This document shows, piece by piece, positions 1 to 6,300 of a DNA stretch of 6,484 nt. Positions within the stretch are counted from its first letter, which is position 1; each line of letters starts with the position of its first letter. Made by a program: the position numbers and the translations under genes. The stretch is from an uncultured archaeon (GTDB lineage Archaea > Iainarchaeota > Iainarchaeia > Iainarchaeales > CSSED10-239), in contig CAYXWT010000042.1 of the NCBI GenBank assembly GCA_964468895.1, forward strand, positions 1 to 6,484. The letters are read 5' to 3'. The notes beneath the pieces were generated by a model. It worked only from the letters and a program-made list of their open reading frames with translations. It was not told the origin of the DNA and made no database searches.

Positions 1-1
1 T

Positions 2-982
2 TTATTAGACAGAAAAATATTAAGTTATTTAAATTCAAATGTAAGAGCAACATATTCTAAGATTGCAGATCATGTAAATAGTTCAAAAGAAGTTGTAAAC
101 TATAGAATTAAAAGGTTAGAAGAAAGAAAAATAATTTTAGGGTATTCTACTATATTTGATATAGGGTATTGGTCTTATAAATTGTTAATTAGTTTTTCTA
201 AAATTGATGATGTTAGTGATAAAAAAATAATAACATATCTTAAAAAAAATAAAAATATTGCTTGGCTTACTCCTTGTACTGGTTTTTGTGATTTAGTTTT
301 AGCAGTTATGGCTAAATCTCCAAAAGATTTTGATAATAAAATAAGATTGATATTTTCTGAAATTGGTAAGTATATTCAAGAATATGATGTTGCTATAAGT
401 GTTTATTCAAAAACAACAGGTCATAATTTTATTTATAATAATACTAATAAAACTATAGAATTTGAAGATGAGAAAGTTATAAAAGAAAAAGAAGAACAGC
501 ATAATAATTTAAATAATATTTATTTTGATGAAAAAGATAAAAAAATTGGACAAATTATTAAAAAAAATTGTAGAGCAAAGTTAATTGATATTTGTAAAAA
601 AACAAATATTAAAGTAGATACTATAAAATACAGAATTAAAAAAATGGAAGAAAATGGTGTTATTAAAAGATATAGATTATTATTAGATACTTCTAGATTA
701 GGATATTATAGATATGAATTATTTTTAAAATGTATAAATTTATCAGGTAAAGTTATAGACAAATTTGAAGAATATGCTAAAACTAAAAAGAACATAGAAT
801 TTTTTAGTAGATGTGTTGGAAGTTGGGATATTGAGTTTACTATTTATCTTAAAACTTTAGAAGAATTAAGATTATTTATATTTGATATAAAAAAGGAATT
901 TGGAGAATATATTCAAAAATTAGAGTCTGTTACTTTGTTTGAAACTTATAATTTTATTTCTGTGCCAAAAGAGTTAGAATAA
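2..982 (+). CDS. Tandem-duplicated Lrp/AsnC-family protein (two wHTH + RAM-like modules in one chain); 5' end lies just upstream of the window
   Basis: Frame 2 is open from nt 2; I checked codons 2-181 by hand and found no stop. The ORF-track TTG start at 182 is therefore an edge artefact. Translation from nt 2 gives LLDRKILSYLNSNVRATYSKIADHVNSSKEVVNYRIKRLEERKIILGYSTIFD, a classic Lrp/AsnC HTH. It is followed by a RAM/AsnC_trans_reg-like segment (YKLLISFSKI...CTGFCDLVLAVMAKSPKDF...IQEYDVAISV). After an N/K/E-rich linker (about nt 434-526) comes a second complete module (nt 527-979): DEKDKKIGQIIKKNCRAKLIDICKKTNIKVDTIKYRIKKMEENGVIKRYRLLLD plus YRYELFLKCINL...CVGSWDIEFTIYLKTLEEL...IQKLESVTLF. 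The TAA stop is at 980-982. Only a few N-terminal residues should be missing. Confidence 0.82.
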   Translation, partial: LLDRKILSYLNSNVRATYSKIADHVNSSKEVVNYRIKRLEERKIILGYSTIFDIGYWSYKLLISFSKIDDVSDKKIITYLKKNKNIAWLTPCTGFCDLVLAVMAKSPKDFDNKIRLIFSEIGKYIQEYDVAISVYSKTTGHNFIYNNTNKTIEFEDEKVIKEKEEQHNNLNNIYFDEKDKKIGQIIKKNCRAKLIDICKKTNIKVDTIKYRIKKMEENGVIKRYRLLLDTSRLGYYRYELFLKCINLSGKVIDKFEEYAKTKKNIEFFSRCVGSWDIEFTIYLKTLEELRLFIFDIKKEFGEYIQKLESVTLFETYNFISVPKELE

Positions 983-1078
983 TATTAGTGGAATATAAAT
1001 TAGATATTTTCAAATTTTTACAAATTATTAATTATTAGTTTTTATATTTAAACAAGTATTTTTTAAAAAACAATATCA

Positions 1079-1086
1079 TTTATAAA
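1079..1086 (+). promoter_or_regulatory. Candidate archaeal TATA box (TTTATAAA) for the 1135-1812 gene
   Basis: The octamer TTTATAAA lies 48 nt upstream of the ATG at 1135. A TSS about 24 nt downstream would give a ~25-nt leader containing the SD. The same octamer type sits at a similar distance upstream of serS and smc. In DNA this AT-rich such a match can arise by chance; another TATA-like TTTATATT is at 1041-1048. Confidence 0.3.
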
Positions 1087-1121
1087 CTTGTTCACATTAA
1101 TATAATTATAAATATAATTTT

Positions 1122-1129
1122 AAGAGGTG
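1122..1129 (+). promoter_or_regulatory. Shine-Dalgarno site (AAGAGGTG)
   Basis: AAGAGGTG is complementary to the CACCUCCU 3' end of 16S rRNA and lies 5 nt before the ATG at 1135. It is the only G-rich stretch in an otherwise A/T-only spacer. Confidence 0.7.
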
Positions 1130-1134
1130 TTATT

Positions 1135-1812
1135 ATGGCTGGAAGAAAACCTATTGGTCCTGAATTACTTAAAAAGAGACAACTTCAAGCAGAAAAACTT
1201 GCTAGAAGAAAAGAAAAAAATGCTATAAAAAAAGAAGAAAATTCTAAAAAAAAAGAAATCCATGATAAACGAAATAAACTAATTAGAGATGTTAGACGTG
1301 CTGCAGACAAAAATGCAGTTACTGAAGCCAGATTAAACAAATTAAAAATACCTGCAGAATTACATGAAGCTGTAAGAATTACTGCAGAAAAAATATATGG
1401 TAAACGAATTGTTTTTTTAGCAGATGCTTCAAAAAAAGTAGGTACTGTAATAAAAGGTGGTTTTATTATTATTACTGGAGTTGCTGCTATACAAATACCT
1501 AGAATTTTAGAAGAAATTAAGCATGATCAATTGGTAGCTAGACGAACTTTGGATAGTATAGGTCTTAAAGAACAAGAAATAAATATGACTGAATTAGTAA
1601 AAAATACACTTAAAGAGTATGATGTTGCTATTGGTGTTCCAAATGTGCTAAGTAAAGAATCTTTACAAAATTATGCCAAAACAGAGGGTGTTGCATTTGG
1701 TGGTGGTGCATTGCTTGCAACTGTATCTATTGTTATTTTAAGTATGTCGCTTAAAAGATTTGTTAATAACTTAAGAGCAAAGAGAGCTTTAAAGAAAACA
1801 GGTCAATTGTAA
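1135..1812 (+). CDS. Hypothetical membrane protein, 225 aa: K/R/E-rich N-terminal ~100 aa plus two hydrophobic segments; no family recognised
   Basis: The ORF runs from ATG to TAA with a strong SD. Residues 1-100 are highly charged (MAGRKPIGPELLKKRQLQAEKLARRKEKNAIKKEENSKKKEIHDKRNKLIRDVRRAADKN...). Hydrophobic segment 1 is VGTVIKGGFIIITGVAAIQIP (res 102-122, nt 1438-1500; it contains a Lys and its core is only ~14 aa). Hydrophobic segment 2 is GVAFGGGALLATVSIVILSMSL (res 185-206, nt 1687-1752). The C-terminal tail is basic (KRFVNNLRAKRALKKTGQL). Sequence composition and low third-position GC are consistent with real coding sequence. Confidence 0.75.
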   Translation: MAGRKPIGPELLKKRQLQAEKLARRKEKNAIKKEENSKKKEIHDKRNKLIRDVRRAADKNAVTEARLNKLKIPAELHEAVRITAEKIYGKRIVFLADASKKVGTVIKGGFIIITGVAAIQIPRILEEIKHDQLVARRTLDSIGLKEQEINMTELVKNTLKEYDVAIGVPNVLSKESLQNYAKTEGVAFGGGALLATVSIVILSMSLKRFVNNLRAKRALKKTGQL

Positions 1813-1813
1813 T

Positions 1814-1849
1814 AATTAATAATTTTAAATTATTAATTTTCTTTTTTTT
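1814..1849 (+). terminator. Candidate terminator: perfect A/T hairpin followed by a T8 tract
   Basis: AATTAATAATTT (1814-1825) and AAATTATTAATT (1827-1838) are perfect reverse complements around nt 1826, which I verified base by base. The palindrome starts 2 nt after the TAA stop (1810-1812) and is followed by TT C TTTTTTTT (T8 at 1842-1849). The stem is A/T only, so its stability is low. The oligo-T tract alone would fit archaeal termination. Confidence 0.45.
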
Positions 1850-1942
1850 ATTTAGTTTCTATTTTTTAATTTTTAGATATAATTCTGGTTATATTTAAAT
1901 AATGTTTTATTATTAAATTTTAAATACAAATATAAATATATT

Positions 1943-1950
1943 TTTATAAT
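1943..1950 (+). promoter_or_regulatory. Candidate archaeal TATA box (TTTATAAT) for serS
   Basis: TTTATAAT lies 40 nt upstream of the ATG at 1991, which would give a short leader beginning near the SD. The spacer is highly AT-rich, so specificity is low. Confidence 0.3.
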
Positions 1951-1975
1951 ATGTTTAATTTTAAAAAAAAGATAT

Positions 1976-1980
1976 AGGAG
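1976..1980 (+). promoter_or_regulatory. Shine-Dalgarno site (AGGAG) for serS
   Basis: AGGAG lies 10 nt upstream of the ATG at 1991. Confidence 0.6.
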
Positions 1981-1990
1981 TAGAAAAGAT

Positions 1991-3283
1991 ATGATAGATA
2001 TAAAGTTTTTAAGAGAAAATCTTGAAATTGTTAAAGAAAATTTAAAAAAGAAATTTCAGGAATCTAAATCTTCTTCTATAGATAAAGTTTTAGAATTAGC
2101 TGTAGAATATAGAAATTTAATTTCAGAAGCTAATGAATTAAAACATCAAAGAAATAAAATTACTGAACAAATTAAAATAGATAAAGCTAATAAAAAAGAT
2201 ATAGTTGATTTAATTAAAAAAGCTAAGGAATTACCTTCTTTAATTAAAGAAAAAGATGAAGTTTTAAAAAAATTAAAAATAGAAATAAGTTCTATTCTTT
2301 ATACAATTCCTGTAATTGTAAGTCTAGAAACTATAGTTGGAGAAGATGAATCTTATAATGAAGAAATTAAAAAATATGGCCCTAAACCAAAAGTTTTTGA
2401 TTTTGATATTAAAAATCATGCTGAATTAGCAGATTCATTAAATATAGCTGATTTTGATTCTTCTAGAGATGTTAGTGGGAAGGGTTTTTACTATCTTAAG
2501 GGTGATTTAGCTTTATTAAATACTGCTTTATTTAATTATGCTAGAGATAAATTATATAAAAAAGGATATACTTATGTGTTACCTCCGTTAATGATTAATA
2601 AAAAATCTTGTGAAGGAGTAATTGATTTTGATTTTTTTAAAGATATGGTCTATAAAATTCAAGATGAAGATTTGTATTTAATAGGTACTAGTGAACATCC
2701 ACTTATTGCTATGTTTATGGATAAAATTATTAATTTAGAAAAACTACCTATTAAACTTTATAGTTTTTCAACATGTTTTAGAAAAGAAATTGGAAGTCAT
2801 GGACTTGATGAACGAGGTTTGTTTAGATTACATCAATTTGATAAAGTAGAACAAATTATTATTTGTGATCCAAAAGACTCTATAAAATATTTTGATGAAC
2901 TTTTAAATAATACTATTGAAATATTTGAGGGTTTAGAAATTCCTACTAGAACTTTAGAAATATGTACTGGTGATTTAGGTGATAGTAAATATAGACAAAT
3001 AGATGTAGAAGTTTGGTCTCCTAGACAAAAAAAATATATAGAAGCAGGTTCTTGTAGTAATTTATGGAATAGTCAAGCTATGGGTTTAAATATAAAAGTA
3101 AAAGATAAAGATTGTAAATATTATGCTCATACATTAAATGATACTGCTATTGCTAACTCAAGAGCACTTGTGGCAATATTAGAAAATAATCAAACTAAAG
3201 ATGGAACTATTAAAATTCCAAAAGTACTAGTTCCTTATATGTACGGAAAAGAAGAAATTAAATTAAATTCTTCTTTTTTTTAA
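1991..3283 (+). CDS. serS: Seryl-tRNA synthetase (class II aaRS), archaeal/eukaryotic sequence type, 430 aa
   Basis: The N-terminus MIDIKFLRENLEIVKENLKKK is followed by a K/E-rich coiled-coil tRNA-binding arm. The serine-site region is LYLIGTSEHPL. Motif 2 is CFRKEIGSHGLDERGLFRLHQFDKVEQ. The motif 3 region is YAHTLNDTAIANSRALVAILENNQTKDGTIKIPKVLVPYM. The TAA stop is at 3281-3283. Confidence 0.95.
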   Translation: MIDIKFLRENLEIVKENLKKKFQESKSSSIDKVLELAVEYRNLISEANELKHQRNKITEQIKIDKANKKDIVDLIKKAKELPSLIKEKDEVLKKLKIEISSILYTIPVIVSLETIVGEDESYNEEIKKYGPKPKVFDFDIKNHAELADSLNIADFDSSRDVSGKGFYYLKGDLALLNTALFNYARDKLYKKGYTYVLPPLMINKKSCEGVIDFDFFKDMVYKIQDEDLYLIGTSEHPLIAMFMDKIINLEKLPIKLYSFSTCFRKEIGSHGLDERGLFRLHQFDKVEQIIICDPKDSIKYFDELLNNTIEIFEGLEIPTRTLEICTGDLGDSKYRQIDVEVWSPRQKKYIEAGSCSNLWNSQAMGLNIKVKDKDCKYYAHTLNDTAIANSRALVAILENNQTKDGTIKIPKVLVPYMYGKEEIKLNSSFF

Positions 3284-3288
3284 TTTAA

Positions 3289-3303
3289 TTTTTTTATTTT
3301 TTT
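3289..3303 (+). terminator. Oligo-T termination tract after serS (T7 A T7)
   Basis: TTTTTTTATTTTTTT starts 6 nt after the serS stop, which fits archaeal-style oligo-T termination. An optional 10-bp A/T stem (3260-3269 AAATTAAATT pairing with 3282-3291 AATTTAATTT, 12-nt loop) precedes it, but such a stem is expected by chance at this base composition. Confidence 0.35.
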
Positions 3304-3312
3304 AAATTTTAA

Positions 3313-3320
3313 TTTATAAA
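3313..3320 (+). promoter_or_regulatory. Candidate archaeal TATA box (TTTATAAA) for smc
   Basis: TTTATAAA lies 42 nt upstream of the ATG at 3363. Only a weak SD-like GGTAATC (compare GGTGATC) abuts the start codon. Confidence 0.3.
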
Positions 3321-3362
3321 TCATGTAATTTTATTAAAAAAAACAGATGTGAATTGGTAATC

Positions 3363-6300
3363 ATGCAAATTAAAGAATTAATTATTAAAAATTTTAAATC
3401 TTTTAAATATTCTACTATTAATTTTAAAGATGGTTTTCATGTTATAGTTGGTCCAAATGGATCAGGTAAAAGTAATATTATTGATGCTCTTTTGTTTGTT
3501 TTTGGAGCTACTTCTCTTAAAAGACTTAGAGTAGATAAACTATGTAATTTAGTTAATCATAATTCTAAAATTAATACTGCTAGAGTTAGAGTTGTTTTTG
3601 ATCATAATAAAGAAGATTATGAAATTGTTAGAGAAATAGATAAAGATGGAAAATCTGTTTTTTATTTAAATAATAAAAGAAAAGCTCTTAATGAAATAAC
3701 TTCTTTTCTACAAGATTTAGGTATATCTGCAGAAGGGTATAATAATGTTCAACAAGGAGATGTAACTAGAATTACTTCTCTTAATCCTGAAGAGCGAAGA
3801 AGAATAATAGAAGATATTAGTGGAATATCTTTATTTGATGCTAGAAAAAAAGAAGCTGAAGATAATTTAAAAAAAGTAGATAAAAGATTAGATAAAGTTA
3901 GTATTGCTCTTAATGAACGAAAACCTTATGTTGAACAACTTTCTAGTGAGAGAGAATCTGCTATTAAATATAATGAGTTAGATTCTACTGAACATATTTA
4001 TGTTGTTAATTTATATAGACAACAATTAAAAGAATTAAATTGTGAAAATGAAAAATTTCAAAATGATTTAGATCAATATTCTGAAAAAATAGAATTGATC
4101 AATAATTCTAAAAAAGAATATTTAGAAAAACAAAATCAATTAGAACAAAAACAAAATGATATTAATTCTAGGTTAATAGAACATTCAGAAAATGTTCAAA
4201 ATACTGTTGGTAAAAAGTATTCTGAAGTTAAAGCAGAAAAAGAAATTCTTCTTAATAATAAAAAATTAAAAGAAGAAAATTTTAATTATTTAGAAAAAGA
4301 AAATAATTTTGCAGTAAATTCTATTTCTCAACTTAAAATTGATCTTGATAATTTAGGTAAAATAATTGCTGATCAAACAATTAAAAAAGAAGATAAATTT
4401 AAATATAAAGATTTACTTAAAACTCAAATTGATCAAAATACCAGTGAGTATGAAAAATTAAGAGAGTTACAAAAAAATCTTTATAGTCAATTAAGTGATA
4501 TTAATAAGAATATAAATGAATTGCAAAATTCTTATTTTTCAAAGAAAAACAAGGTTTCTGCATATACTTTACAAAAAGAACAACTTGAAAAAGAAAATAA
4601 AACTAAAAAAGAAGAATTTAGTTTATTAAAAAACAAAGAAAATGAATTAAATAAAGATATTTTATCTTTAAGAAAAGAACTTGAAAAACTTGAATTAAAA
4701 GTTGAAGACTTTAATAATAAAATAAAATCTCAATATACACAAAAAGAATCAGAAACTAATTTAATTAACTCTAAATTAATTAAATTGGAAGGTCTTAAAA
4801 AAGAATATTCTATTTCAAGTAATATTATTTCTAAAAAGAAAGAACTTAAGGAAAAATTAAATAAATTTGAAACATTTAATGGTTTTATTGAAGATTTAGT
4901 TAAATTAAATACTGATCAGAAAAACTATTTTTCTAATTATATTGTTTTGGATGATAATACAGATTTAGAAAAAATTATTAAACAATTGGATTCTAAAATA
5001 AATCTTAGTTATGTTATTTTAGATTGTATTAATTGTAATAAAAATAATTTGGAATCTTTTATTAATAATAAATTTAAAATTCTTGGTACTTCTAGTATTA
5101 AAAAGATTAAAGGTTTTTATTTTGATGGTTTTTCTTATAAAAAAATACTATTTAGTGAATCTAAGAGTTTAGAAAATGAAATTGATATTTTAGAAAAAGA
5201 AGTTATTAAACATAAATCTAATTTAGATCAAATTCTAGAAAATATAAGTGAACTTGAAAACAAACTAAATTGTTCTAAAGATGAAAATAATTCTTGTACT
5301 ATTAGTTGTAATACCAAGATTGGTTTATTAGATAATACTAGTGAAAAAATAGAAAGTTGTACTTTAGTTAATAAAAATTCAGTTAATTTTAAAACTATTG
5401 ATGATAGTATTGTACAATTTACTAATGAAATAAATGATATAGATAATAAACTTATTTTACTTAAAAAAGAAAAAATAAATCTTGAAAAAGAACTTAGTTC
5501 AATAGATTTAGGTAAGCAAAGTAATCTTAGAGATTCTTATGATGAAATTGTTAGTGAAATTAATCTTTTAGAACAATCTTTAATTTCTAAAGAAACTCAA
5601 TTACAAGTAATTAAAGATAAAATTGAATCTAAAGAAAAATATATTAGTTCTAATAATTTAAAAATAGAAGACCTAAAAACTAAAATTAATGATTTTAGTG
5701 ATAAAGAATTAGAAGTTAACAATCTTATTAAAGAAATTTCTTCTAAACTAGAACAAGAAGAAGATAAAAAGAAAAATCTATTCAGTTTAAGAAATTCTAT
5801 TAATATAGAAATTAATAATATTTCTAAAGAAATAAACTTACTTGATTCAAAGATATATGATTATAATTCTAATATTAATACTTCTAATATTGATTTAAGT
5901 ACAATTAGTAGTAAAATCAATCAAATTGAAAATAATCTTAAATTATTAGATGTAGATATAAATAAAGTTGAAACAATAGAACTAGAAGTAAGTGAATTAA
6001 ATTCAGAACTTAGAAAAATTAAAAGAGAAAAAAATGCTTTAGGTAATATTAATTTTAATGCTATAGATTCTTATGATAAATTAGCTAAAGAATATGATGA
6101 AATTTCTAAAAAATATACTATTTTAATAGAAGAAAAAGAAAAAGTTAGAGAAATGCTTAGTAAAATAAATATGCAAAAGAAAACTATATTTTTAGATTGT
6201 TTTGAAAAAGTTAGTAAAGAGTTTAAAGATATTATTTCTAAAATGTCTAAAAACTTAGATGGTTCTTTAGAACTAGTTGGAGAAGAAACACTTAGTTCTA

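Noticed and set aside
182-184. TTG at 182 as the start codon of the first CDS, as given in the ORF track
   Set aside because: The same frame is open back to nt 2 and encodes a complete Lrp/AsnC helix-turn-helix upstream of 182. The start is an artefact of the window edge and would cut the first module in half.
1051-1092. A 7-bp inverted repeat AACAAGT (1051-1057) / ACTTGTT (1086-1092) that brackets a T6A6 palindrome (1059-1070) and abuts the TATA-like box; a possible operator for the neighbouring Lrp-type protein
   Set aside because: My rough estimate is that several 7-bp inverted repeats with spacers of 40 nt or less are expected by chance in a 150-nt spacer at this base composition. The arms do not extend, and the repeat does not match the 13-15 bp abcdeWWWedcba Lrp/FFRP site format. 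It would only be worth testing if the same motif recurs genome-wide.
1135-1812. The GC-richer ORF as a horizontally acquired island or mobile cargo
   Set aside because: Third codon positions are as A/T-biased as in the neighbours (about 20 of 225 codons end in G or C). The same rare CGA Arg codon is also used in serS and smc. There are no flanking repeats, integrase or tRNA. The GC excess is explained by amino-acid composition.
1813-1990. A T-box riboswitch or other structured leader upstream of serS, and an 8-codon uORF (1951-1977, MFNFKKKI) whose stop overlaps the SD
   Set aside because: The spacer is almost pure A/T, has no specifier or T-box conserved elements, and is shorter than typical T-box leaders. 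The gene also looks archaeal. The uORF has no SD, contains no Ser codons, and is the size expected by chance in AT-rich sequence.
3260-3291. A 10-bp A/T stem (AAATTAAATT/AATTTAATTT) with a 12-nt pyrimidine loop spanning the serS stop codon, considered as an intrinsic terminator hairpin
   Set aside because: Stems of this length and composition with loops of up to ~12 nt are expected several times by chance in this window. The left arm is part of an (AAATT)3 coding repeat, and the large loop and A/T-only stem would be very unstable. I kept only the oligo-T tract as the terminator call.
5025-5036. A CxxC motif (C555-I-N-C558) at the exact midpoint of the SMC-like protein, reminiscent of the Rad50 zinc hook
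   Set aside because: The flanking sequence aligns with the SMC hinge strand (SYVILDCIN against r.tFLPLnki), not with a coiled-coil apex. The head domains carry SMC-specific blocks (FKSF, FVFG, QQGD, ERRRIIED). The CxxC is most likely coincidental, since TGT is a favoured AT-rich codon.
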